The position numbers were made by a program, and so were the translations under genes. A stretch of 62,923 nt of DNA, counting the filler, from Licmophora abbreviata (lineage: Eukaryota): assembly GCA_900291995.1 (NCBI GenBank). It is 7 parts of 7 records of this genome, joined end to end, with 100 filler letters (N's around TTAATTAATTAA, not from the genome) between each part and the next. Parts side by side here need not be neighbours in the genome. Positions count along the whole stretch, not along the records: positions 1 to 14,009 come from OLMU01001429.1; positions 14,110 to 17,629 come from OLMU01001433.1; positions 17,730 to 23,216 come from OLMU01001434.1; positions 23,317 to 52,278 come from OLMU01001435.1; 3 more parts are not named here. One strand, written 5' to 3'. The notes beneath the pieces are model-generated. The model was given only the letters and a program-made list of their open reading frames with translations. It was not told where the DNA came from and did no database searches. This document shows positions 13,364 through 25,600 of the stretch, piece by piece; the stretch's first letter is position 1; each line of letters begins with the position of its first letter.

Positions 13364-13869
13364 TTAGTTGAACCACCCCTTCTTCTTTTCTTCCGGCTCC
13401 GGAATGTCGTCGGCAAAGAACTTGTCGGAGGAATCGTCGTCGCGAACATACCAGAAGTACTGGGCCATTGGAATGATAAAGGACCCAACGATCAGCACAG
13501 CAAGGAGCGCCGTGTACTTGCCTAAACACAAACGAAGGTCAAGTCAGCAAGTGAGAAGGGCCGATCGACAGAAACGGCATGTCACAGACAAAAGACACTC
13601 ACCCTTCTTGCTCTTGGTTTCCTTGGCTCCCTTGAAAGTCGATCGAGCATCATCGACGTCCTGCTTAATATCTACTTCATATTCGCGATACAGACCCTCG
13701 CGAACAACCCTCTCCGACACCATGGTACTCGACGAGAAAGAAGGCGATGACTGGAATGTAATTGCGTCAGCGGGAGTCGCAATCACACTGGAAGCAATCG
13801 TCATAGCCGCGAACGCACCCACCGCTGCATTCTTCAAGTCAAAGGCTGGCTTTGGTGTCTTGGGAGCCT
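13364..13869 (-). CDS. Hypothetical thylakoid-type single-TM protein; exons 13869-13603, 13521-13364; 5' end not resolved (near or in gap)
   Basis: AAVGAFAAMTIASSVIATPADA resembles a lumenal A-x-A signal; the spliced C-terminus G/KYTALLAVLIVGSFIIPMAQYFWYVRDDD...KKKGWFN* has one TM helix. Confidence 0.7.
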
Positions 13870-14009
13870 CTAAGGAACGTTTTCAGAGAGGCGTGTGGGT
13901 TACGTGAGTATCGATAGACAGCCGACTTCCGATGAGTTGCCGCCGGTGTCACAGAATGGTGAGAGTAGAGATTTCCCTTCATCAAGACCTTTTCGGTACC
14001 TCTGACTCC

Positions 14010-14109
14010 NNNNNNNNNNNNNNNNNNNNNNNNNNNNNNNNNNNNNNNNNNNNTTAATTAATTAANNNNNNNNNNNNNNNNNNNNNNNNNNNNNNNNNNN
14101 NNNNNNNNN
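14010..14109. other. Artificial scaffold linker (N44-TTAATTAATTAA-N44)
   Basis: Identical 100-nt all-frame-stop spacer occurs six times in the window. Confidence 0.98.
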
Positions 14110-16656
14110 TCGGGTTGCGAGCCACCGGGCACTGTCTTCCTTGGCCGTGCTTGAGATTGCCCCAGCCGTCGCGATGCTTTGTCTGCACCGTCCCATTCGA
14201 TTGCGAAGGCTCGCTCGTAAGCCTTCATCGAGTTGGGACTATCCTTTCCATTTTGAACATGCGTGTTGTGAAGATAATAATCAGTTTCCATCTCCCATAG
14301 CGGAACAGTATGGCGGTATGGAACGTAGTAGCCGAGGAAGAGGTTCATCGCATCCTGTTTGAGGCGATCTGTGAACGCATTGCTGTAGTACCTTCTTATG
14401 AGGTGAGTAGCTCTTTGTGCTAAATTGGAAAAATAAGCATCAAACCGACTCCATCTGTGAGATACAGTGATGAGGGGAAAATACGAGAGATATATAGGGA
14501 GATATTCACTTGCCTTTCCCATCGGTCCAGCAATACTAGATTCGTTTCTCTCGTGAGAGACTTTCTTGTGGGCCTCAGATCCGCCATACTGCAGCGCAAT
14601 ATGATCGCCAATCTCCACATACATCTCGATTAGCACCCTAATGACATTCGATGAGGGATCTAGCTTCGAGGAACTTCGAATACCCATTACCACTAGCTGC
14701 TGTTCGAGAGCTTCGACTCCAGCGCTGAATTGAGCCACATTCGTGCGATCCAAACAGCTGCGAGAAGAGCCAGAGTGAAAAATCGATGAGCAATAATAGG
14801 AAATGTGACCTAAAAGCTGGCACGATCTCGCACTTACTCAATACAATTCGTACGTAGGACACCGCACTGTTCCATCGGAAACACAGGACTGCCCAGATGC
14901 TCGGTCAGAAATTCTGCTTGCCGTTTATCTTCTTCTCCGAATGGTTCGACCTTCCCTCCCTTCATTATTTTCCAGCGTGGCGCACTACAGAAGAAGCCAG
15001 TTTGATTCACAGACCATGTCGACACCTCGTTCAAGGACGTACTGACATCCAGGTTTCGATGTTTACTAATGTGGCTGTAATCCAGTGCACAATATCGAAT
15101 CTTGTGGGAATCGTCGATGCTAGTATTGACATAGTCCACCGCGTGGCGAAACTCGTTTCCGACTCTCACTTCACGTTCCCTTTTCTCGCTTTGTTTAACG
15201 AGATCGAGCACGACAATGGGGCTCCCGTACCGTTGGAAGATATCCTCGAAGTGCATTTGCGTCGCACGGTAGGAAGGATCGACGCGATTCAATTCGATTG
15301 GGGGTTTGGGCATTGTCACACTACTCTCTTGAGTCCAGTACGTGGGAATTGACCCCCGAACCTGCAAGTAAGAAGAAAAGATACCGGCAGTTGTCGAGCT
15401 TGTTTCGTCATGTAGAATCTGTTCGTGTTCAACGTCATTGGCTACTTTCCCCTGCTCGCTCACTCCTCGCTTCAAATACCGAGTTCCCGCAAAATGACGA
15501 GATCGCCGCGCAATCAGAATTAGATTTAGCGATCGCCCGTAATCAGAAATCTTGCGTTGGATAAAGGCGCCAAAAATGATCGGCATCACCCAATGGTAGC
15601 TGGTCAATGAATTAGTGCAAGCCTCCAGTTCGCGAGTCAGAAAATTGTTCCAAGCGTACATATCCTTAGCTGCTGGCGGTGGAAATGGCCGAGACGTGGC
15701 AATGAAGAACTGCTCCTGCAGCGATCGCGTGAGATCATACGTATAGGAAAAGTAGAAGTTCTTCGTCAAATCGACGACTTGATACAAGCCCTGATACCGA
15801 AGCTCTGCGATTTCGCGCTGTGTCAATCCCAGACCGACGCTTCGCTTTCCCTTGTTCCACATGTTGATGAGCATGGAAGAGGGATCAGCATGATGATTCG
15901 GATCGCCTGGTCCTCCTGCCATTTTCTCGGCAGGTTTCAGCGGAAAAGTCTCTGTATTCTTAATGGTGTACACGGCATTGCCCCCGATATTTCCCACTTT
16001 AGCCCGTCGCGTAATGAGAGTCAAATAGTAACAATCGAGAAAACGAACAAATCCCACAATACCATATGCCTTGACAATGGGCTTCAGACCTCCACTTCCA
16101 TCGTGAGGCTCATTGGTGGTTCCATCAGCCCGTATAAAACGATTTCCGTGATGAATCATATCCAGCATGTCTTCAATCTCGCCCTGGGAGTAAATGTGCG
16201 GATCTTCGTCATGAATTCAGAAAGGGGTCTTAACGTTGGCTTTGCAGTATGTGTTGCCTCCATAGCTGGCGATTCGCCTTGCGAGGGGATGGGTTCGACT
16301 GCATGGGCCACGCGACCTTGTGGGGGGAGGGGAACTGGTCGTACTTGGGCTCGTACGGGTGTTCTCTCAATCAAAGTACGATCCATCTTTAGAATTCTGT
16401 AGGCGGAATTTTGTTTGTCGCAGGCGACGAGATAGTAGCATTGATTCGTGCTGAATAGTTCAAAGCGTTCCAGTTTTCCGACATAGGGATCTAGTGAAGG
16501 ATTGGGCTGCTTGGCGGATCGAGGCCCATGTTGGTCGTCAATTGACGCTTCGTCGTCAGCTCTGTACAGAGGATCCGATGCGGTCTCGATTCGCATGTCG
16601 CCTTCAGAAGCGGCAGGATAGTCATGGTCGCTGACATCGAGAATTTTCGATGACAT
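14110..16656 (-). CDS. FIG4: SAC-domain phosphoinositide phosphatase, FIG4/SAC3 type (3' truncated by gap; two 1-nt frameshifts near 16205 and 14400)
   Basis: YGIVGFVRFL, FYFSYTYDLTRSLQ, ARRSRHFAGTRYLKRG, ANDVEHEQI, RGSIP, catalytic LRTNCI(D/C)LDRTN across an intron, IALQYGGS and RRYYSNAFTD. Confidence 0.95.
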
Positions 16657-17241
16657 AGTAGACTCCTAGAGCAGAGAGGTTCCTGCTATTCTAACGCAAG
16701 CGGCGGATCATCATGGTCATGGCAACTTTTCTGTGGCCACATCTCAGCTGTGGAGAAAAGCGGGTCGGGTGTGTCGGCGGAAATATGTTGCGGGAAAAAA
16801 CGGACGATGACGGACGGGCCTCCTTGGCGCTTGTTTGATGGGATCTTTCGCCGTGAAGAAAGATGATGTGTTGCAGGTACGAAGACGAAAACACTATGGA
16901 TTCAATGTCTATTCAGGTATCACGGTGGTAATGGTGGTGGCCTCGTCCTATCGCAGGCTGCACTGGATCCGTAACGTCGCCAAAGGGCCGAAGGGGACGG
17001 TTGCACAGACTATGTAGCTAGCTCCATAGCGAACGATGAACCTATACGACTCAACTCATTTAGAAAGTTTATCCAATGATAACTTCATTATTAAGGCTCG
17101 ACATCATTAGTAACCTTTCACACACATGATGCTACATGCACTCGACCCCTATAATGTTCACGATAGAGCCGAAGTACTACTAGGACAATTCACCACTGCT
17201 TTCTGCCTGTTTTCCTGGCAGGGGCTTCATCAGTGAAACTA

Positions 17242-18275
17242 TCAAGGGAAATAACGGCCATGATGTGCGTGATAAGCGCTCTGTTGCCCTTCGTCGCCAG
17301 TATCCAATAGTTCGCCGTTGAACAGATCAAAGTCCACCGGTGCCTGATGACTCTGACCTTGTCCCGAGACTAGAGCGGCTTGAGACAGCACAACAGCGTC
17401 GGGACGTAGCTGCTGCAGTGGAAGACCTGCAGAAAGCTGGCGATTGGATGAAGATTGTTGCTGTTGTTGTCGTAGATAGGCTTCGTAAGGGTGCTGGGGC
17501 TGCTGTGACTGATGGTCGCCAGAGGATGGCCACGTAGAACTAGCGCTGCGTACATAGCGTCGTCGCTTGGCGGCTGTAGCGGAGGCAGGCGTGACGGGCG
17601 GTAGGAAGGGGGTGCGACTACTCTCTTCGNNNNNNNNNNNNNNNNNNNNNNNNNNNNNNNNNNNNNNNNNNNNTTAATTAATTAANNNNNNNNNNNNNNN
17701 NNNNNNNNNNNNNNNNNNNNNNNNNNNNNGTCGTGTCCTCCAGCCGTGGCAACAGTACGACGACGACGACGAAGTGCATTCGAATCGGTCGATAATTCCG
17801 TCGGAGCAGAGGAAGATCGTTGGCGCTCGCTGAGTGACGGCAGCCCAATCTGTCTGTCACCTCGCTCTAGGTCCTCCTCCTGTTGAAGAGCAACGGCGTC
17901 GCGCAATGCTTGGCTAGCCTTCTCTCGAGCGACATCATCGCCGACGTCCTCCCAGTCTCCCCGGTCGGGATTCTTCCGGAGAAATCGACCAGGCGGATCC
18001 AGCCCACGCACTTGATGAACCAAATCTCTCGATATTTGCGATTTTCCTTTCTTAGAGGAGCGCTGGTACTCGTCACAGACTGCTCGTGCCATGCATCGCA
18101 GTTTTTCGTTGCCGACGTGCTGGTTGTTCTTGCCCCCTCTTCCCATCAAGATATCATTCTCATGAGGGTCGAGAGTCGTGGCCTTGTGACTCATCACGGT
18201 CTCACAACTGTCCTCCTCCCAAAGTTTTTGCTGCAAGTCATCCAGAGAGACGAGTGAGAGCATGGTCATTGACAC
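17242..18275 (-). CDS. DUF6824-domain protein with Q-rich C-terminal region (interrupted by gap 17630-17729)
   Basis: DILMGRGGKNNQHVGN...GRFL...WEDVGDDVAREKASQALRD matches the diatom-expanded DUF6824 pattern. The frame continues after the gap (AKRRRY...QQQQQ...DFDLFNGELLD) to TGA at 17242. Confidence 0.85.
17630..17729. other. Artificial scaffold linker
   Basis: N44-TTAATTAATTAA-N44. Confidence 0.98.
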
Positions 18276-19695
18276 GAATGCGGGAGGTGCAAAAAATTGT
18301 GGGACTTCACGCGGGGTGGTTCCACGACTCCGTGTTCACATGCCTGCACAAAAGCGCGTTCGACAGATTCTTTCGCACGAATTCAAACGTACCTCGACCA
18401 TTGAGCCATCCAGCAAGTGATGTGTGGACAGAGTATCCAGCAACTCCGGAGTGTTCCTGTAAGGCGACGATAGTACCATGTGTGTCAGAGTGGCGACATG
18501 GTCAAGTGTTAGCGAGAGATACTCCAAATCGGTTCGTATGTGGAAAACCGCAAAATTGTAGAACGACATTTTTCGCTTAGCGCCGTTTCAGTCGTGGCAT
18601 CAAATAATATAAACGCTCATGTATACATCATCTAACACTTGATTCCCGGAAGTGTATGGAAAGCGAGACATACGCCCAATCGTGAGCTTTATATAAAAAC
18701 CATAATTCCTTTCTAGCATATTTTAGACAACCAACGATGAGGAGTGTCGCATGGAGACGAACTTTTTTGGTGCTAAGGAGATCGATCTTGCGTTTTTCGA
18801 TGGGACACGATGACGGCCGACGTTTGGCGAAGAATCTTTCATGTGCATCCATACGCATGAAGGGACGAACCAGAATACGTGGCACTCAACGATGTGAACG
18901 GCTTCTGGAGAAAAAGCAAGACATGCTCGTGGAGGTGCGAGAACTTTCGGTTCACAGTTCGGCGCTTGTGACGTCTTCGAAAAAGGAAAAGTGCGAGAGA
19001 CACGATATATCCTTACTTACGGAATCAGCATGTGCGAGCTCATGGGTTTCATCTGGTTCGTTTGCTTTGGAGCAATGATCGTGTAGTGAGTTGGAGTCTT
19101 TCGACCTTTTTCTCAGATGTTTTATCCGAATCTCAGGTTTGGCAGTAATGACAAATCTCTTTTGGACAGCATAAAAGGTCAAAGTCCCGTTTGGTGACTC
19201 GTGATGCCTCGCGTGTTGGCAGGCGATCGACAGGCTTCTCCAATTATGGGATAGATTTGATACGACCGGCCGAACTCCAAACACATCCACGACAGAATCG
19301 TCATGCATTCCACCAGACGAGTTTCCAAAACCCGACTTCAGTCGTGGTTGGTCGGATCGGTATCGCGGGTCACTCTTGTTTGTGGTGAGGTCGAGGTTCA
19401 TGATATCCGAGGTTTCGTCGTTCTGAAACGAAGACGAGCGACAAGACTTACAGTTCCACCGTACCTACAGAGCTTGGCAATGGCGGCGAGCAAGGCTTGA
19501 AAACCTCGTAGTCGACGGATCTCTGCATTGCAGCCTCGTCCCCAACCAACGTTTCACCCCATCTCAGTAGATACAGCTTTCTATGTCCTGGTAACCGCTA
19601 CAGGTGCATTAGGAGAAGTAATTTTCATATATACACACATCTTTTGAAACAGATTAACTTTTAGTTCCCAATATATATAAATAGGTCGTTTCCCT

Positions 19696-20535
19696 CTAGC
19701 TGTCCAAGAGAATGGGCGCCGCCGCGCGAAAGTAGACACTCCCACTCGTCACGGTGACGAGCGCACACAAATACAACAACATCAGCGCTGGTTCATAGAG
19801 ACGACTCAAGAAACCCACGTGAACGTCAATTGGTACAAATAACAGCAACGTCAAGGACACCATGGTGACGGCAGTCTTGATTTTTCCTTGCATTCCCACC
19901 TTGACGATATCCCGCTCTCCACGTTGGGCCATCCACTCGCGCAATGCCGAAACCGCAATCTCTCTTGCAAGAATGATACTAGTGGGAATTGATATCTGCG
20001 AGCCATACCTTCCTGACAGCAAGATCAGCGATGTGCTCACCATGAGCTTGTCAGCGACGGGATCCAGAAACGCACCAAATGCACTGGTAATGTCCCACCG
20101 ACGAGCCAAGAAACCATCGAGCCAGTCGGTCAACGACGCAATCCCAAACAGTGTGCCACATGCGACATGTTTTCCCGGCATGTGAAACAGAACCACGAGA
20201 CCCGGAATTGCCAGGCAGCGGATGTAGGTCAGCATGTTGGGAACACGATGCCATGGAAAGTCCGGCAAAGCCTTGCGGAGTGGTCCAGGAGGAGGAGCGT
20301 TCGGACCCAGCTCCTTGGAGGCTCCAACCTCTACCGACCTGGAGCGTTTTGGCTTGTTTGATCCTCCTCCTCGTGACACCGGAGGGAACAAGGGAAACTC
20401 CTGCCGTACTTGAGAAGCTGCTGATGTTGTTGTCATGCTGGGAGTTGCTGATGGGGAGAACGAGGACGCCGTAGACGACACCCAAAACAACGCCAGAGCC
20501 AAAAATACGTTCCACAGTGAACTTGAAGACGTCAT
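19696..20535 (-). CDS. pgsA: CDP-diacylglycerol--glycerol-3-phosphate 3-phosphatidyltransferase (PGP synthase), plastid-targeted
   Basis: PNMLTYIR and the CDP-alcohol motif TDWLDGFLAR...GAFLDPVADK, plus REIAVSALREWMA and GKIKT. The N-terminal signal peptide ends ASS-FSP (ASAFAP-like). Confidence 0.93.
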   Translation of the reverse strand: MTSSSSLWNVFLALALFWVSSTASSFSPSATPSMTTTSAASQVRQEFPLFPPVSRGGGSNKPKRSRSVEVGASKELGPNAPPPGPLRKALPDFPWHRVPNMLTYIRCLAIPGLVVLFHMPGKHVACGTLFGIASLTDWLDGFLARRWDITSAFGAFLDPVADKLMVSTSLILLSGRYGSQISIPTSIILAREIAVSALREWMAQRGERDIVKVGMQGKIKTAVTMVSLTLLLFVPIDVHVGFLSRLYEPALMLLYLCALVTVTSGSVYFRAAAPILLDS

Positions 20536-20890
20536 GCGCGACTGCAGGAAAGCGGATAGAAGATGAGTGAGCGGTCCTCCTCCAAACAGGTGTTGTCGGC
20601 GCCGTGATTGTGTCTCATGTCTCGTCATTGAAGCAGTGTCATGGACAAGATCGCGCATCCGGTCCGGCGCGCTGCGCGGAGAGACACACATCGACAAAGC
20701 CTCATAACCTCTCTCACGAGAGCCACGAATTCGTCGGATCGTCCATCGTCCGCGCGCTGTGGCTGTGTGACCTATCCAACATGGGACTTTGGAAAGAGGA
20801 CCGTCGGCGCTCGTGTCTTTCCACAATCTTTCAGATTCATTGCTGCTGTTGACCTGTCTAGTGTTGAAAGAGAGTAAAATCAGTGCGACG

Positions 20891-21207
20891 ATGCATCTTA
20901 TGTACTACCTCGACGCGAGCGGGAAACGCGTGTATACGCTCAAGGTATGTAGGAATAAGTGGGCCCGCGTGCTTGTGTCTCGGCAGCACCGATCCCACTG
21001 GTGCTAGCCGCGACGACGCAACGAACGAACCTCTCACTTGCATCGTCTCTTCCGCTCGCTTTACAGAAAAATACACCAGATGAAAAGGTTACAGAGAGTG
21101 CCCACCCTGCACGATTCTCGCCCGACGACAAATTCAGCAGTCAACGCGTGGCCTGCAAGAAGCGGTTTGGTATCTATCTCCCAAAGACTGCCGCAAAGCC
21201 AATGTAG
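20891..21207 (+). CDS. NOP10: H/ACA snoRNP subunit Nop10; intron 20945-21066
   Basis: [19 protein letters not shown]...[24 protein letters not shown]. Confidence 0.97.
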
Positions 21208-21570
21208 AGGAATCCAGAGTACAAAAAAGAGGAGAGAAGTACAGTGGCATAGAGCGTTGAGAACTCACTGTCGGTGCTCTCTTGTGGGAACTGCTCGTGC
21301 CATTTCGCTATGAATCGCTGATTCGATTCGAGACTGAGTTCACTGTGACAGAAGTTTTAGGGAAAGTGTAGTAGTAAATAGAGAAATGATCCATTGGTGT
21401 GTCCATAACATCACTCTCACTATTTATACTTCCAATTACGAAGCGTGCACCGTGAGGTACCATGCGTTCAGCGGCAGCAAGACAGCGACGGGCGTCAGAA
21501 TTGTATGTATCCACCGCATCCATTCAAGAAAACAGGCACGACATTCAGAACTTCCCAGACAACGACCCCT

Positions 21571-22212
21571 CTAATCTGTCCGCTTTCGTTTATTGGTTCC
21601 TGTCGAAGTAATAGAGAGTACAATCGGACAACCACAGAGTGAGTACAAAAAACTTCTCTCCACAAAACCTCTCGTCGCTTCTGGCATCGTACCTTGTCTA
21701 AGGGATTGGGCCTCTTCCATCTTTTTCTTCATGTTTGCAACTTTCTGAAAGACGGGAGCATTCTTCAATAGATCCGGGAGGGCAATGAATCGGATCCCGC
21801 TCCCTCTCACATAGACGTTGGGGATCTTGGAGATCTGGCCATTGCGAGCTGTTCGAATGACTTCCGACAGGGACAGATTCATAGTATCCTCGGCACTCAG
21901 CAATAATCCGCGATAAATTTCTCCCGATTTCATCTACGGAAAAAGGGAAACAATCGAGGAGATGAAGGGGTAAGTCCATGCAGTGGAAACCCGAGCGAGC
22001 GGGAAGCAGGCCAGCGAATAGCGATTCACTCACCTCGACTGTGATCTTCATGCCCTCAGCCTCGAAAAGCAATCGTATCGGAACTCCTACAGTGCCTGAG
22101 ATATGCCAACAAGAAGAAGCGTGCGGTGAGAAACGTCTTAGAACATTCGCCCTGCGGCACGACATCGGAAAAGGGCGGTCTGATGGAGTTGCTTGGCAAC
22201 AAACTTACTCAT
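21571..22212 (-). CDS. SNRPD3: snRNP core protein SmD3 (4 exons; first coding exon is ATG+A only)
   Basis: Spliced MSTVGVPIRLLFEAEGMKITVE/MKSGEIYRGLL..AEDTMN...VYVRGSGIRFIALPDLLKNAPVF. Confidence 0.9.
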
Positions 22213-22658
22213 GGTGGCAGATACGAGAAAGTGGAAAGAAAGGAGATGTTCGCCGTTTCTCGTCTGGCTCTAGCAACTCAGGAGAGGAACTTGCACCGGA
22301 TTGCTATACGAACCAAACAGCACTGGTATTACTCTCTCAACTGCAGTTTCCACGTCCCGCGTCGTCTTCCGAATGTGGTGGACACAGCCATTGATGCCGC
22401 CGCACCGTCTAAAAGAGTGTGAATGAGTGGTTATGAGCTTATTAGAGAGATGTACCGACGATGGCCAGACCAAACACGTCGAACTGAAATTGAAAATGGC
22501 TTTACCGGTATCATACCGGTAGACCTAAGTTTCCTATCCGGGGCACCTGTATGATACATTTGCATGTACGACGAATCTCAGGCGTATTGAAGATGAAATC
22601 CTCTCCAGCCTCTACGGCATAGACTACCCATTTTACTGATCATGGTCTCTTCAGTGCT

Positions 22659-25600
22659 CTAATAATTTTCTGAGGCCACCGCCGAGACTCCTTGCCTGAT
22701 CTTTTCCCGGAGGTCTTCTGCAAGATTCTCGTTTTGACACTCCACAACCTCGACTTCACTTCCGTTCTTCCTTGGCACAACCAATACAATAACAACACTC
22801 CATCCATCAGTGCCATCTTCTAGTTTCAAGGGATGGACTTCGACGCTCTTGATGTGTTTAAATTTGACCATGAGCAGCTCGTTGCCCTCCTGGTCCAATA
22901 GGAGCAATCGCTTGAAACTTAGAAGCGCCACACGATCGTCCATATCACAGTGACTCAAGTAGTATTCACCAGCGAGACGCGTGCGCAGCATGAGAGCTGC
23001 AGCAGCTGCATCTGCGGGCTCGTACGGACGCAATATTCTATCCTTGCCGTACAAGGGTCGGCGTGGACGGATTTGATGTCGTTGCACACCACGTACCATC
23101 CCACTTCTGCCGCCCTCGACAGCACCCTTGACCCCAATCATAACGTCTGTCGCCGCGTCAGACAGGCCAATGACGGGCTTGACCAAGAGTCCCAACAACC
23201 CTTTGCCGATGCCTTTNNNNNNNNNNNNNNNNNNNNNNNNNNNNNNNNNNNNNNNNNNNNTTAATTAATTAANNNNNNNNNNNNNNNNNNNNNNNNNNNN
23301 NNNNNNNNNNNNNNNNCTCCGCTCCACGAATGGGAGCGCGAATTACACCTGTAAGTCCCTCGAGAATGCCACGAACTAGCTTTGACACGCCGCTCTCTAC
23401 ACCTCCCACAAGCGATATCGATGCATCCGGATCTCGAGCCCAGGCGCCCCGATCCCGACGCTGCGCATAGCGCCTGTCCAATGTGAGTACCGCCATATTC
23501 TTAGAGAATGTCTCTGTGAGCATTGACGCCGAGTCGGCAAAACCTCCAACGGCATGACGTGCAAGAGAGCCCGTCCCACGGGCGACACCATCCACAACAA
23601 AAAAGGGGTCGAGCTCCTGCATGCTTCGTTTAAGGCCCTTCACTGGCTCGACTACAAAGTCGCTCATGCCGTCCCCGAGTCCGCGAATTAACCCAAGCGG
23701 ATTACCAATGGCCGAGAGAGAGCCGAGCAGTGCAGGTAAGTTGCTTCGCAAAGACGTAAAGTAGTGTGCTCCAAGATGCGTCCGTAGCTGAGGCCACGTC
23801 GAGAAATGGTTCCGAAGAAAGACTCCCGAGAAATTCAAGGATGCGCCGTTACACCTCAAAAGAGCATCCACCACAATGCTCTTGAAGACGCCTCGTACAA
23901 CGGCCAGCGCTGTCGTATTTTTGCGACCAACACGAACTCCCAATTTACCACTTCCAAGGCGAAGATCGCCTTTACGAACCGCAGCATGGACTGCGGCAGT
24001 CTCGGGGCCCTCAAGGGCGGCCTGATCGAGGGTCAGGGCTCGGGCAGGGGCCACGGAAAGACTGATATTACATGGAAGAATGGTGAACCCTTCGAAGTAC
24101 ATTTTTCGCCTCTCTACTCCCATTGTGCTAGCTTTTGCCATGCACTCCGCGATTGCATCGATGTCTGGAAATGCGATGGGCGTTCTCTGAGCTCCTATGG
24201 GTTCGCTCCAGCCATCGAGGTCCGGGGAGCCACCAACAAGTCTCGTATGACTAGCGCATTCGCTCAGCCCCAAAAGGAAGCGCTGCAATCGCACAATGAA
24301 CGCCAAGTCAACCGCTATTGCAAGATTTCTCGGTGCCACAGATACTGAACGCAAGCACTGAGCGTGGCGACATAATTATCAGAGGCAATGATTTGAAATG
24401 CAAGCATGTGAAACGGGTGGCACCACTTACCAAAATACCAGATTTATGCTTTGGAGCGACGGTAAGCCCGACCAGCAAAAGGGGCGAAGTCTTGGGAGAA
24501 TCTGGGTCGTCTTGTCGACCGACGCTGTCATCACTGCGATCCACATCCGGGCTCACGGCGACGGGAAAAGGGGCATTTGGAACATGGTTGTCCACCTGCA
24601 ACCAACCAACCGATATAACTACCGAACCATCTGTTGTCCGCTTTGCGTTCCATCTGGCAAGAGTGTTTACATTGTTCAGAGTTATGAGGGCGATCTCCGA
24701 AGGAGACGAGTCAACAAGACTGCAAGAGAAGCCAGAAAAGGACGCACGAAAGGAGAATACGCGGTCGGAATTGTTCTGGTCAATTTGCGACCATTTCAAC
24801 CTTCCTTGGTTTGAATAAGGGCTTTCTTCCACAAGACCGAAGAAGGCCATTCGTCTTGCCTCGTCTTCACCAAGTAGTTTTTCTGTCGACAGCATAGTTG
24901 ACGCTTCCAGGGCAGCCTTCGTTGCAAGTTTTGAAAGCTTCTGCCTGGCTGACTGGGGGGACGACTCTGGGTCGATCACTTGTGGAGCTGCCAGAGGGCG
25001 ACTAAGGTTGTGGCTCGACACGTCTTTTCTCATTAAGCTAACGAAGACGTGAAAGTGAGACGGGACTTTCCACGAAGTTTTGTGTTAGCAGCAGGGCATC
25101 TTTCTTACCAGAATCTTAGCAAACGGGTGGGTCCATCAGTTGTAACAACTCCGAGCACTCGCAAGTTTGACATACTCCTCCCAAGCTCAATACCGATGAT
25201 CGCAGAGAGTTTCGACGGATTCAGTCTGACAGATTCTCCGATTTCAGTTAGACCGACAAGCTTGGTAGTTTCGATGCCTTCTCGGCAGTGAAGTGGTGCA
25301 AGCGCCACACGTACTCTTAGAAGCTCCGACATGGTTGCTGCCTTCCTATGCGCGTATTTGCCTTGTCTGTAAGGAATGTCCAAAGCGAACGCTGTGCGGC
25401 TGGCAGGTCCGACGCAATCGCCCTCACTCTCGGGATGCCGGTCATCCCAGGTCAAACCTTCTCCGTGGAGACGCTGTGCTTCACGAATGCCAGGATTCGC
25501 CAATACGCCATCTTGTGCCAGCCAGATGTGGAAGGGAGTCATATTTTCGATGCGGAACAATGATCCCTTTCCTTCTGGACTTTCATCTCTAAACGAAATG

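Noticed and set aside
14110..16656. FIG4 (and VPS13, CDC16) as pseudogenes
   Set aside because: Catalytic and structural motifs and splice sites are intact with no accumulated stops, so isolated 1-nt deletions look technical.
18300..19690. Short ORFs (18737-19078, 18952-19401) or a structured ncRNA in the long spacer
   Set aside because: No recognisable domain or RNA family motif; treated as upstream regulatory DNA.
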